Counted from the first letter of the stretch, positions 1 to 9,471 are shown. The stretch: 64,000 bases of DNA from an uncultured Actinomycetes bacterium (GCA_963742585.1 CAVUMI010000005.1:52908-116907); one strand, 5' to 3'. Numbers and translations: made by a program. The notes: generated by a model not told the origin, from the sequence alone.

Positions 1-506
1 CGGTCGGCGAGCGCCCGAGAGAGCTGCAGCGTGCCGATCAGCAGGGCGCACAGGCTGAGTGTCGTGGCGCGCGCGGACTCGGGATCGTCGGGGGCAAGGC
101 GGCCAGCGATCTCGTCGGCGATGGCCAGCACGCCGTCGGTGTAGGCCTGCTTCGTAGAGGTCGGACAGCGACCGATCTCGTCGAGCAGGGCGGCTGACGG
201 GCAACCGTGTTCGGAGTCGTCGCGGTGCCGGACCGAGAGGTACTCGCGAACTAGCTGCTCGACGCTGGGGCCCGGCCGCTGCCAGTAATTCTCGCGCTGC
301 TCGCGCAGCTGTTCGGCGACGGCAGCGGCGACGAGGTCGTTCTTGGAGTCGAAGTGGGCGTAGAAGGCGCCGTTGGTCAGACCGGCGTCCGCCATGAGCG
401 TCGCGATGCCGGACCCGTCAATGCCGTCACGCTTGAACCGCCGGCCGGCCGCCTCGACGATCCGCCGCCTCGTGGCCTCTTTGTGTTCCTTGCCGTACCG
501 GGCCAC
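1..506 (-). CDS. TetR/AcrR-family transcriptional regulator (C-terminus runs off the window)
   Basis: My own minus-strand translation from GTG at 506 gives VARYGKEHKEATRRRIVEAAGRRFKRDGIDGSGIATLMADAGLTNGAFYAHFDSKNDLV..., a typical TetR N-terminal HTH. It is missing from the ORF track because it has no stop inside the window. It is divergent from the SDR gene. Confidence 0.8.
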   Translation of the reverse strand, partial: MARYGKEHKEATRRRIVEAAGRRFKRDGIDGSGIATLMADAGLTNGAFYAHFDSKNDLVAAAVAEQLREQRENYWQRPGPSVEQLVREYLSVRHRDDSEHGCPSAALLDEIGRCPTSTKQAYTDGVLAIADEIAGRLAPDDPESARATTLSLCALLIGTLQLSRALAD

Positions 507-591
507 GGGCCCCTCCTCGTGTCGAACGACACATTGCCTCCGCTGCGAACTCGATTATAGTACAATCATAATTCAATAGCGAGGAGCCCAA

Positions 592-1326
592 GTGAACGTC
601 GAAGGCGCAACCGCGCTCGTCACCGGAGCCAACCGCGGGCTCGGCGCGGCGATCGCGCAGGCGCTTGTCGACTCCGGCGCCAAGGTCTACGGCGCCGCTC
701 GCGACAACACGACTATCACCAACCAGGACGTCATTCCCGTTCTGCTCGACGTGAACAACGCCGACGACATCGCGAACGCGGCGCGCGTCTGCGGCGACGT
801 CTCCATCGTCGTCAACAACGCGGGCATCGGCCGCAGCTCTACATCGCTCTCGCCGGACGCCGCCGACGCGGCCCGCGCCGAGATGGAGACGAACTACTTC
901 GGGCCCCTGCGTGTGGCCCGAGCGTTCGCGCCGATCCTGCGCGTCAATGGCGGCGGCGCGCTGGTCAACATCCTGTCGGTGCTCTCCTTCGTCTCCATGC
1001 CACAAGCAGCGACCTACAGCGCGTCGAAGGCCGCCGCGTGGTCGCTCACCAACTCGCTGCGCATGGAGCTCCGCCGCCAAGGGACCCTCGTGGTGGCGGT
1101 GCACGCCGGCTTCATCGACACCGACATGGCCGCCGGGATCGACGCGGAGAAGATCAGCCCCCAGTCGGTCGCCACCCAAATCGTCACCGCCATCGAGGCC
1201 GACACCGAGGAGGTGCTGGCCGACCCGACGAGCCAGATGGTGAAGGCGGCGCTGGCCGAAGACCTCACGCTGCTGTACCCGACGCTGCAGGTGCAGTGGG
1301 ACGCAGTGGCGGTCACCGCGCAATGA
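592..1326 (+). CDS. Short-chain dehydrogenase/reductase (classical SDR)
   Basis: Contains TGANRGLG (TGxxxGxG), NNAG and the YSASK (YxxxK) catalytic motif. 244 aa, GTG start. Confidence 0.9.
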   Translation: MNVEGATALVTGANRGLGAAIAQALVDSGAKVYGAARDNTTITNQDVIPVLLDVNNADDIANAARVCGDVSIVVNNAGIGRSSTSLSPDAADAARAEMETNYFGPLRVARAFAPILRVNGGGALVNILSVLSFVSMPQAATYSASKAAAWSLTNSLRMELRRQGTLVVAVHAGFIDTDMAAGIDAEKISPQSVATQIVTAIEADTEEVLADPTSQMVKAALAEDLTLLYPTLQVQWDAVAVTAQ

Positions 1327-3524
1327 AGCGGCTCGAACGCTCGGAGATTCCGTGGCCGGTCTTCGCGGTGACCGTCGCTGCCGCGTTCATGGTCGCTCTC
1401 GACCTGTCGATCGTGAACGTGGCGTTCCCGTCGATCCGCCAGTCGTTCCCTGAGGTCTCGACGGCCACGCTGTCGTGGGTCCTCGCCGCCTACAGCGTCG
1501 TGTTCGGCGCGCTGCTTCTCGGAGCAGGCAGGATCGCGGACCGCTCCGGACGCCGACGCATCTTCCTGCTCGGCCTGCTGATCTTCACGGCCGGCTCGCT
1601 GCTGTGTGGCATGGCACCCTCGGCGTGGTTGCTGATCGCCGGACGAGTCGTACAGGCCATCGGTGCGGCCTTGCTGATGCCCGCGTCGCTCGCTCTGCTG
1701 CTGTCCGCGACCGCACCAGCAGCAAGGGCCCAGGCGGTGGCGATGTGGGGCGGCGTGTCCGCGCTTGCCGTCGCCACGGGGCCGTCGCTCGGCTCGGTCC
1801 TCATCGACGCCGGCGGGTGGCGGTGGGCGTTCTTCGTCAACCTGCCCGTCGCGCTCGTCGCCGGTGTCGCCGCCAGGAGGGTGGTGCCCGAATCGGTCGT
1901 CGGCGGGCCCGTACCCGACCTCGTCGGTGTCGCTCTCCTCTCGGCTGCGGTCGCGGGCCTCGCCTTAGCGATCACCCAGGGCGGTGATTGGGGGTGGTCG
2001 AGCGGTCGGGTCGTCGGCTCCTTCGCGGCCGCTGCGGTCCTGACCCCGATTGCGATCCGCCGGTCCACCCGCCACGAAGCGCCCGCCATCGACCTCGACG
2101 TGTTCCGGTCCCGCACCGTTGTGCTCGCCAACGCCGCCACGTTCCTCTACGCGGTTGGCTTCTTCGGGATGCTGCTGGCCAACGTCCTGTTCCTGACCTC
2201 GGTGTGGGGCTACTCGACGTTGGAGGCGGGGCTGGCGATCACGCCCGGCCCACTCCTGGTCGCCGCGCTCAGCGGCCCGAGCGGACGGCTCGCGGCACGC
2301 GTCGGGTACGGCCCGGTGCTCGTCGCCGGCGGTCTCACCTTCGCGAGCGGGCTGCTCTTCTATGTCGCGATCGTCAATGCCGACGCCAGCTACCTCACGC
2401 ATTGGCTGCCGGGGGCGCTCCTCGTTGGCGTCGGCGTCGCGCTCTCCTTCCCGGTCCTCAGCGCCGCCGCGGTCGCCGGCCTGCCCCAGGAGCGCTTCGG
2501 CACCGGCGGCGCCATCAACCAGACCGCCCGCCAGATCGGGGCCGTGCTCGGTGTCGCCTTGCTCATCGCCATCGTGGGCACCCCCGCCTCGGTCGACCAG
2601 GCCATGCATCGCTTCCGCATCGCATGGCTGGTCGGCGCGGGCGCCGCCCTCGGCTCGGCCGCCATCTCGTCGTTCCACCGCCGACCGGCGGCGACCACGG
2701 TCACCGCTCCGGTCGCGCTCGGTGCCGGCCGACGCGGCATGAGTTTCGCCGACGACACCGCCGTGACGCGGGTCGGCCCCGGCCGCTTCAGCGCCGACCT
2801 GCACGAGCGGTGGTCCTCGCTCGTCGGTATCCACGGCGGCTACACCGCCGCCATCGTCGTCAACGCGATGACCGCGGCGGTCGACGATCCCTCGCGGACG
2901 CTTCGCAGCTTCGCCACCCAGTTCGCCTCCATCCCTCGCACGGGGCCGGTGGACATCGAGGTGACCGTCGAACGCACCGGCAAGTCGATGACCACCACCA
3001 GCGCCCGCTTGCTTCAGGAGGGGCGGGTGCTGCAGGTCGCCCACGCCGCGAGCTCGACGATTCGGCCTGGCCTCGCCTACGACGAGCTCGTCCGTCCGCG
3101 CGACCCTGAGCCGGGCGACACGCCACGGTTCGCGTCTTCCGGCGGCGTCGGGCACTTCCAGAACGCAGACGTGCGGTTCGACCCGGAGGTCGTCCTCTTC
3201 GCCGGCGCGCAGGAGGCGTTCGTCGCCGCGTGGCTGCGGCCACTCGAGGACGAACCCATCAGCGCCACCTGGCTGGTCGCGATGTGCGACCTGCTCCCGC
3301 CGGCCGTATTCAGCCGCACGACCGAGCCGGTCGCGGCGGCGACGATCGAGTACGCCGTCCACCTGGCCACCGGTGACCCCTCCCTCGCACCCGGCGAGTA
3401 CGTCTACCTCTCGTGCCGCTCACCCCTGTCGAGCGAGGGTTTCGCCTTCGAGGACGCCACCATGTGGGCGCCGGACGGTCGCGTCCTCGCGGTCGCCCGT
3501 CAGACCCGCCTCGCGGGCGCCTGA
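1323..3524 (+). CDS. MFS transporter (DHA2/EmrB-like, multi-TMS) read in-frame into a C-terminal acyl-CoA thioesterase II-like (double hotdog-like) domain
   Basis: ATG at 1323 overlaps the SDR stop (ATGA). The sequence MKRLERSEIPWPVFAVTVAAAFMVALDLSIVNVAFPSI... is followed by many hydrophobic segments up to about 2700. From ATG 2739 (MSFADDTAVTRVGPGRFSADLHERWSSLVGIHGGYTAA...) it resembles TesB-like thioesterases. No stop codon lies between the two parts. Confidence 0.7.
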   Translation: MKRLERSEIPWPVFAVTVAAAFMVALDLSIVNVAFPSIRQSFPEVSTATLSWVLAAYSVVFGALLLGAGRIADRSGRRRIFLLGLLIFTAGSLLCGMAPSAWLLIAGRVVQAIGAALLMPASLALLLSATAPAARAQAVAMWGGVSALAVATGPSLGSVLIDAGGWRWAFFVNLPVALVAGVAARRVVPESVVGGPVPDLVGVALLSAAVAGLALAITQGGDWGWSSGRVVGSFAAAAVLTPIAIRRSTRHEAPAIDLDVFRSRTVVLANAATFLYAVGFFGMLLANVLFLTSVWGYSTLEAGLAITPGPLLVAALSGPSGRLAARVGYGPVLVAGGLTFASGLLFYVAIVNADASYLTHWLPGALLVGVGVALSFPVLSAAAVAGLPQERFGTGGAINQTARQIGAVLGVALLIAIVGTPASVDQAMHRFRIAWLVGAGAALGSAAISSFHRRPAATTVTAPVALGAGRRGMSFADDTAVTRVGPGRFSADLHERWSSLVGIHGGYTAAIVVNAMTAAVDDPSRTLRSFATQFASIPRTGPVDIEVTVERTGKSMTTTSARLLQEGRVLQVAHAASSTIRPGLAYDELVRPRDPEPGDTPRFASSGGVGHFQNADVRFDPEVVLFAGAQEAFVAAWLRPLEDEPISATWLVAMCDLLPPAVFSRTTEPVAAATIEYAVHLATGDPSLAPGEYVYLSCRSPLSSEGFAFEDATMWAPDGRVLAVARQTRLAGA

Positions 3525-3529
3525 GCGGG

Positions 3530-3990
3530 GATCGCGGGCTCCAATTCGAACCCGTACTCGCTTTTAGCGTCCATCGTTGCAACCACCCAGATAGGTGTTC
3601 GACCGGACCGGGTCTCGACATGACCTTCGATGTCGCCCAAATCGATGAGGTGCGCGCCACAGCGCGAGCGGTCCGCCGGCGACTCGATGTAGACCGCCCG
3701 GTCGACAGCCACCCCACGCCGGGTGCCGTCGGAGCTGGCAGACGGCGTCGGCGTGCGCCTGGATCACCGCTTCGGATAAGGGTCGAGCGCGTTGAGTCGT
3801 CGGCACTCTGGCGCGAGGACGAACATCGTGGGGCCGGCGCCCGTGAGGATGTAGTACTGGCGCTGGTGATCTCGTCGACACCCCGCAGGCCCGCGGCGCG
3901 CGCGTCCATCGTTTCCGTCAGCAGCTCGAACAGTGAGTCGACCGCGGCCACGCCAGAGTTCGTCCTTCGAGCTCTGCTTTCCACAGATGA
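3530..3990 (-). pseudogene. Possible decayed isocitrate lyase/PEP-mutase-family gene (several frames)
   Basis: Minus-strand fragments lie in three different frames (YYILTGAGPTMFVLAPECRRLNALDPYPKR; AVYIESPADRSRCGAHLIDLGDIEGHVETRSGRTPIWV). They resemble the C-terminal half of PrpB/ICL-family enzymes. No intact ORF. The similarity is weak. Confidence 0.3.
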
Positions 3991-4330
3991 CGACCTTGGA
4001 GAATCTGCAGCTGATCACGACTGTGCAGTCGGAGATCGACGAGGTGCTCGACACGTTCTCTGTTCTCAAGGAGCTGTTGAGTCGACCGGCAGGTTTGCTT
4101 TCGGGTGGTCAACGTCAGCAGCTCGCCATCGCGCGGACGCTGCTGACGAAGCCGCGGTTGCTGATCTCACGAAGCGTGCTGATCTCACCATGCTCCTCGT
4201 GGAGCAGCACGTCGGATTCGCGCTGCGCTCGACCGACAGGTACTACGTGTTGGAGTCGGGTCGCATAACCGGTCGTGGGGACGGAGGCGAGGCCGCGATC
4301 GACGGGGTGCGCGCCGCAATGGCGGTGTAG
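3960..4330 (+). pseudogene. LivF-type ABC transporter ATPase remnant (N-terminally truncated, internal deletion/frameshift)
   Basis: FPQMTTLENLQL...LLSGGQRQQLAIARTLLTKPRLLI (Q-loop plus ABC signature) is in one frame. LTMLLVEQHVGFALRSTDRYYVLESGRITGRGDG (D-loop/H-loop region) is in another. Walker A and Walker B are missing. Confidence 0.6.
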
Positions 4331-4401
4331 CTCGTCCGCCCGAACCGCGCTCGCTGGCGGGTAGCGCCCACGGCGCGGGAGCTCCGCCACAACGCGGGGA
4401 T

Positions 4402-4867
4402 CTAACCACGCTCGTGATCGGCGCCGACGTCATCGCCCCTTCGCTTGTACGCGACACGAGCGACGAGCCACCATCCCGCCGCGATGACCGCGACTATTCC
4501 GAGGTAGGCGACGAGACCGGCCGCGTAGTTGCGCGGAAGCAGGGAGGGATGCCCGGGCTGGCGGCCGTAGCCGCGCACGAATGGCCACGCGATTGCGGTC
4601 GAGGACCGCGCCGGTTGCGATAGCCCACAGCAGCGGCCCCCGGCCCGGCCCGCGCGCGACCCTGCCGACGATCACCGCGCCGGCCAGGCTGACCGGCACC
4701 CACAAGCCGTCGTGGAGGACTAGGCCGGCGGCGAGCCATCGGGCGAGGGAGGCGGGATGGGTGAACACGTCGTCGTCGAGCGCGCCCGCGAGACCGAATC
4801 CGATCACGGCCCACCCGATCACGAGCGCGATCCAGAACGTGGGGCGCCCGCCGAGCCGCAGCCTCAC
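4402..4867 (-). pseudogene. Small integral membrane protein, last gene of the molybdoenzyme operon, with an apparent frameshift near 4590
   Basis: GTG at 4867 overlaps the upstream stop (GTGA). VRLRLGGRPTFWIALVIGWAVIGFGLAGAL...PLLWAIATGAV then degenerates. A plausible continuation (AWPFVRGYGRQPGHPSLLPRNYAAGLVAYLGIVAVIAAGWWLVARVAYKRRGDD) lies in another frame and ends at 4402. Confidence 0.45.
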
Positions 4868-5991
4868 CGCACCTCCAACTCGGTGACCCACTTCGTCTGC
4901 ATCACGCCGGGTCGGTTGGGGCCGATGAGGCGACACGGGTAGCCGTGGTCGATGTGCAGCGGCTCGCCCTGCAGCTCGATGGCGAGCAGCGTGTCGCGAT
5001 CGTGGGCGTGCATGGCGTTCAGCTCGGATGACCCGTATAGACCCCGTTGCTGGAGCGATCGCACTGTCACGACCGCGTCGGCTCGCGCGCCGGCCATGGA
5101 CAGGAGGTCACGCACGCGTACGCCGCGCCAGTGGGCCGACTGGCTCCACCCCTCGACGCAGGCGATGGGCAGCTCCGCGCCGTGTTGCGGGAGGGCACGC
5201 AGATCGTCGAGCGACAGCGACAGCTCGCGCCGGACCGCGCCAACGACCCGCAGGCGATACGCGGGGTCGCGCGCCGCGTCGGTCACGCCCGCACGGCGCG
5301 CCGTCTTGTTGACGGGCAGGCCCTGTGGGCCGACGCCGGGTCGTCGCTGGGCCAGCGCGCTGATCGGACCGAGCGCTGCGACCGTTCCCCCTGCCGTCGC
5401 CGCGAATACCAGGCCCATCGCGCCGGCCACGCCGCCAAGGAACCTCCGCCGCTCCAACGTCGACGCCTGGACCGGTTCGGTGGCGGGCGTCCGGCCCAGC
5501 GATTCGCGCACGATCGCGGCCTTGGCCCCGATGTGCACGACGAGCGCGCCGATCGTGATCCACGCCACCCAGTAGTGCGCGGCGGGAAAGAAGAACGGCC
5601 ACGGGTACCACTGGGCCAGGTTGAAGAGTCCCGAGAAGAGCATGAACAGACCGCCAGCGACGAGCGGCACGAGCGAGAGCCGCTCCAGGACGTGGGCCAC
5701 GCTCTCGAACGGCGGCCACACCCACAGATGCGGATACACCACCCACAGCTTGGCCAGCAGCAGCGGGATCGACACCACCCCCGTCGTCACGTGCACGCCC
5801 TGGGTGATGCGATAGAGCCCAGCCGGCCGTGACGGCCACTCGAACCACCCCGGTGGGTGCTGGATCAGGTGTGACAGCAGACCGGTGGCGAAGCACGTCG
5901 CGAAGGTGACGCCCAGCGCAATGCCGAGGATCGCTGCGGTGCGGCTCTCGTGGAGCGGGCTGCGGAACCGGGCGTGGATGCGCGCGGTCAC
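4864..5991 (-). CDS. Membrane-anchored molybdopterin-dependent oxidoreductase (sulfite-oxidase/YedY-like family)
   Basis: The N-terminal half has several TM helices. The C-terminal half has the molybdopterin-binding module with CVEGWS, a Tat-like RRRFLGG linker, and ...HGYPCRLIGPNRPGVMQTKWV. The GTG start overlaps the DUF2064 stop. Confidence 0.85.
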   Translation of the reverse strand: MTARIHARFRSPLHESRTAAILGIALGVTFATCFATGLLSHLIQHPPGWFEWPSRPAGLYRITQGVHVTTGVVSIPLLLAKLWVVYPHLWVWPPFESVAHVLERLSLVPLVAGGLFMLFSGLFNLAQWYPWPFFFPAAHYWVAWITIGALVVHIGAKAAIVRESLGRTPATEPVQASTLERRRFLGGVAGAMGLVFAATAGGTVAALGPISALAQRRPGVGPQGLPVNKTARRAGVTDAARDPAYRLRVVGAVRRELSLSLDDLRALPQHGAELPIACVEGWSQSAHWRGVRVRDLLSMAGARADAVVTVRSLQQRGLYGSSELNAMHAHDRDTLLAIELQGEPLHIDHGYPCRLIGPNRPGVMQTKWVTELEVR

Positions 5992-6626
5992 CGTGCCATC
6001 TCAGCCACAAGCCGCCCGAACCGGGTATCGGGCGCAACGTCCGCGACCGCAACGGCGTCCTCAAAGGTGTCGACGTCGCGCAGCTCGTCGAGCAGGGTGA
6101 CCCTTACGCCGAGCGCGCGCAGCCGGTCAAGCTGCGCCTGCCCGGTGTCGGCGCGGCTCATCGCCACGCCGGCGAACAGCGGGCCCGGCGCGGCCTCACG
6201 CAGCCCAAGGCCCCACCACCCGCCGTCCCACGCCGGCCCCAGCGCCGCGCCGTCGCGATCGACTGCGGCCAGCGCGTCGCAAAGCCCGTCGGTCGTGAGC
6301 TGCGGCGTGTCCATTCCGATCTGGAACAGCGGCGGCCCGACTGCGACCCAGGCATGCTCCAACCGGTCGGCGAACGTGTCGCCCTGCTGCGCGAACCACG
6401 GCACGTCGGCCGGCAGCCACTCGCCCGGCGCGCCGTCGAGCGCGACGAAAACCCGGCCCACGCGCGTCGCGGCGTCGAGGGTGTCGGCCAGCGCGGCGGC
6501 GGCGAGCTGGGCCGCTTCATGCGGCGTGCACGGCGGGCACAGCCGGGTCTTGGCCAGACCGGGCACCGGTGCTTTCGTCATCACAAGGATGGCCGGATCG
6601 CCCGTAGAGTTCGCGGCGTGGCTCAC
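5988..6626 (-). CDS. DUF2064-family (CofC-like nucleotidyltransferase fold) protein
   Basis: ILVMTKAPVPGLAKTRLCPP...FQIGMDTPQLT...GPAWDGGWWGLGL is the characteristic DUF2064 pattern. GTG at 6626 overlaps the GT2 stop (GTGA). Confidence 0.75.
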   Translation of the reverse strand: MSHAANSTGDPAILVMTKAPVPGLAKTRLCPPCTPHEAAQLAAAALADTLDAATRVGRVFVALDGAPGEWLPADVPWFAQQGDTFADRLEHAWVAVGPPLFQIGMDTPQLTTDGLCDALAAVDRDGAALGPAWDGGWWGLGLREAAPGPLFAGVAMSRADTGQAQLDRLRALGVRVTLLDELRDVDTFEDAVAVADVAPDTRFGRLVAEMAR

Positions 6627-7267
6627 CGCAGCAGCGCCGCCATGTCGCGCACCGCGGTCAACGTCCCCCGCACGGTGCCGGTGACCTTGGAGCGACCGAC
6701 TCGCGGCGAGTATCGCACCGGCACCTCGGAGATGCGCCAGCCTGCGCCGGCGGCGCGCAGCACCATCTCGAGGGGCCAGCCCGACCGTCGATCCCGCAAA
6801 CCGAGCTCGAGCAGCCGGTGACGCGGCGCCGCGCGGATCGGACCGAGGTCTCGCAGGGCGACGCCGGCGCGGGCGCGGATGCGGCGGGCGAGGTACCGGT
6901 TGGCGACGCGCGCGTGGATGGGCCAGGCGCTGCTCCCGTCCGGGACCCGGCGCCCGAGGACGAGATCGGCGGTGCCGGCAACGACCGGCCCGGCGACGGC
7001 GGTGAGGTCGGCGCCGTCGAAGGACCCGTCGGCGTCCATGAAGCAGACGACATCGGCGGTGGCCGCCTGCAAGCCGGCGAAGCACGCGGCGCCGAAGCCG
7101 CGGCGCGCCTCGGTAACGACGATGGCGCCGAGTTCGGCGGCGAGATCACCCGAGCCGTCAGTCGAGCCGTTGTCTACGACGACGGCCCGGAACCCGTTGG
7201 GCAGCCCGCCGAGTACGGCCGGGAGGGCGGCGACCTCGTCGAGGACCGGGAGCACGACGTCGATCAC
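6623..7267 (-). CDS. Family-2 glycosyltransferase (polyprenyl-phosphate sugar synthase-like)
   Basis: Contains VVVDNGSTDGS and DADGS (DXD). 214 aa, with a GT-A-type N-terminus (MIDVVLPVLDE). Confidence 0.85.
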   Translation of the reverse strand: MIDVVLPVLDEVAALPAVLGGLPNGFRAVVVDNGSTDGSGDLAAELGAIVVTEARRGFGAACFAGLQAATADVVCFMDADGSFDGADLTAVAGPVVAGTADLVLGRRVPDGSSAWPIHARVANRYLARRIRARAGVALRDLGPIRAAPRHRLLELGLRDRRSGWPLEMVLRAAGAGWRISEVPVRYSPRVGRSKVTGTVRGTLTAVRDMAALLR

Positions 7268-7306
7268 CGCCGAGTTCTACCCGCCCTAGTCGGATGGACG
7301 GCACTC

Positions 7307-8494
7307 GTGGTGGCCGCCGCCGTCGTTGGCGAGGCCGTCGTCGGCCCGGAGCAGGGCGTCGAGGCGGCGCCGTTCTTCGGGCAGTGGGAGTGGCGGGTCA
7401 CGCCCGCGATCGGTCCAGCTATCGCCATCGCAATTGTTGTCCTCGCGGTCGGGGATCGCGTTACGCGGCGGGTGTCTTGGCGACCCCTGCTGGCGGTGGC
7501 TGGCGCGGTGGCGGTGGCGTGGACGTTCGCTCTCGCGGCATCCGACGGCCTGTCCCACGTCGCCGCCCCGCTCGAGTCGCGCTACGACTACCTCGCGGTC
7601 GTGCCCAGCATCGACCACGTCGGCGAGTTCGTGCGTACGTTCACCGAGCGCATCGGCGATTATCCCATCCATGTTCGCGGCCATCCGCCCGGCATGCCTC
7701 TCCTGCTCTGGCTGATGGACACTGCCGGCCTCGGTGGTCCTGGTCCAGCTGCCGCACTGATCCTCGTCAGCACGTGCCTCCTCGTCGTCGCCGTCCTCGT
7801 CACGTGCCGTGCCGTCGCCGGCGAGGCGGTGGCGCGGCGCGCGGCACCGTTCGTCGCACTGATGCCCGCCGCCCTCTGGCTGGGGACCTCGGCCGACGCC
7901 GTCTTCGCCTCGGTCATCGCCACCGGAATCGCCCTGGCCGTCGCGACGCGCCTGGCGTGGCTCGGCGGGGCCGTCCTCGGCCTCGCGCTGCTCTTCACCT
8001 ACGGAGCGGTGCCGCTGCTCGCCGTTCCCGCCGCCGTACTCGTGCACCGGCGAGCCTGGCTCGCTGCCCTCGCCACCGCGGCGGGAATCGCCGCCGTCCT
8101 GCTCGCGGCCGCCGTGGCTGGTTTCCGGTGGCCCGAGGGTCTCGCCGCAACGCGCGACGCCTACGCGGATGGCATCGCGTCGGATCGCAGCTACGCCTAC
8201 TTCACGCTGCTCGGCAACCCGGGTGCCTTCGCGGTGGCCATTGGTCCCGGCGCGGTTGCCGGCCTCGGCGCGCTACGCGATCGGCGGTTGTGGCTGCTCT
8301 GCGGTGCCGCGCTCGCGGCACTCCTCGCCGCCGACGTGTCGGGCCTGTCGAAGGCCGAGGTCGAGCGGATCTGGCTGCCGTACGTGCCGTGGGTGGTCGT
8401 CGCCGCCGCCGCCCTGCGTCGGTGGCGGCCGTTGCTCGCGCTCAGCGCTGCCAGCGCGATCGTGATGCAGCTCGCCCTGCGGAGCGCGTGGTGA
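7307..8494 (+). CDS. Polytopic membrane protein, GT-C-like glycosyltransferase candidate (start uncertain)
   Basis: Roughly 10 or more hydrophobic segments with a loop HVRGHPPGMPLLLW. The upstream 160 codons of ORF 6818..8494 are antisense to the GT2 gene and were discarded. The first plausible start is GTG 7307. Confidence 0.6.
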   Translation: MVAAAVVGEAVVGPEQGVEAAPFFGQWEWRVTPAIGPAIAIAIVVLAVGDRVTRRVSWRPLLAVAGAVAVAWTFALAASDGLSHVAAPLESRYDYLAVVPSIDHVGEFVRTFTERIGDYPIHVRGHPPGMPLLLWLMDTAGLGGPGPAAALILVSTCLLVVAVLVTCRAVAGEAVARRAAPFVALMPAALWLGTSADAVFASVIATGIALAVATRLAWLGGAVLGLALLFTYGAVPLLAVPAAVLVHRRAWLAALATAAGIAAVLLAAAVAGFRWPEGLAATRDAYADGIASDRSYAYFTLLGNPGAFAVAIGPGAVAGLGALRDRRLWLLCGAALAALLAADVSGLSKAEVERIWLPYVPWVVVAAAALRRWRPLLALSAASAIVMQLALRSAW

Positions 8495-9471
8495 GGGTCC
8501 TTGTCACCGGCGGCGTCGGGTTCATCGGCTCGCGGGTCGTCGCCCAGCTCACCGACGCCGGCTGCGAGGTCGTCGTTCTCGACAAGGCGGTTGGCACCGG
8601 CGACGTGCGCGATCCCGACGCCTGGCTCGGTGCGGCCCGCGGCGTCGACGCCGTCTGCCACCAGGCCGCCAAGGTCGGCCTCGGCATCGACTTCGGCGAC
8701 GTGTGCGACTATGTGGCCGACAACGACGGCGGCACCGCGGCGGGATTGTGGGCGCTGCACGAACTCGGCTTCGCCGGACGGCTCGTGCTGGCGAGCAGCA
8801 TGGTGGTCTACGGAGAGGGTCGCTACCGCTGTGCCGAGCACGGCGTGGTGCGACCGCCAGCCCGCGAAGTCAGCGATCTCGAAGCCGGGCGCTTCGACGC
8901 GCGGTGTCCGGCGTGTGTCTCGCCGCTGCAGCCCGAGGCGGTGCCCGAGGACGCACCGGCCGATCCGCGCAATGTCTACGCCGCGACCAAGCTGCACCAG
9001 GAGCATCTGTGCTCGGCATTCGCGCGGGAGCACCCGGGTGTGGCGTTCAGCGCGCTCCGCTACCACAACGTCTATGGGCCGGGTATGCCCCGCAACTCGC
9101 CCTATGCGGGCGTCGCCGCGCTGTTCGCTGACGCGCTGGCATCGGGCCGCGCCCCGAGGGTCTTCGAGGACGGCGGCCAGTTACGAGACTTCGTCCATGT
9201 CGACGACGTCGCCCGCGCCAACGTGCTCGCCCTGGGCGGCGATGGGGCCATGGGCGCGTTCAACATCGCGTCCGGTCAGCCCCGATCTGTCCTCGACCTG
9301 GCGAGTGCTCTCGCCGACGCGCACGGCGACGGTGCGCCCCGTCCGCAGGTAGTCGGCGGTTACCGGCTGGGCGACGTCCGCCACGTGTTCGCGTCGCCCG
9401 ACAAGGCGGCCCGCTTTCTCGGCTTCCGCGCCGAGGTTGATTTCGCTGCAGGCATCGCGTCAGTGCTGTAG
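8491..9471 (+). CDS. NAD-dependent epimerase/dehydratase (extended SDR) with a Cys-rich insertion
   Basis: Contains VLVTGGVGFIGSRV (Rossmann) and YAATK (YxxxK). GTG 8491 overlaps the upstream stop (GTGA). There is an insertion ...YRCAEHG...ARCPACVSP. Confidence 0.85.
   Translation: MRVLVTGGVGFIGSRVVAQLTDAGCEVVVLDKAVGTGDVRDPDAWLGAARGVDAVCHQAAKVGLGIDFGDVCDYVADNDGGTAAGLWALHELGFAGRLVLASSMVVYGEGRYRCAEHGVVRPPAREVSDLEAGRFDARCPACVSPLQPEAVPEDAPADPRNVYAATKLHQEHLCSAFAREHPGVAFSALRYHNVYGPGMPRNSPYAGVAALFADALASGRAPRVFEDGGQLRDFVHVDDVARANVLALGGDGAMGAFNIASGQPRSVLDLASALADAHGDGAPRPQVVGGYRLGDVRHVFASPDKAARFLGFRAEVDFAAGIASVL

Noticed and set aside
1038-9471. Long N-terminal extensions suggested by the ORF track: 1038 for the MFS gene, 6818 for the GT-C-like gene, 7294 for the epimerase, 5988..7085 for DUF2064, and others
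   Set aside because: The extensions overlap well-supported neighbouring genes and have junk-like composition. Starts were moved to the first start codon consistent with the domain N-terminus, often a 4-bp ATGA/GTGA overlap.
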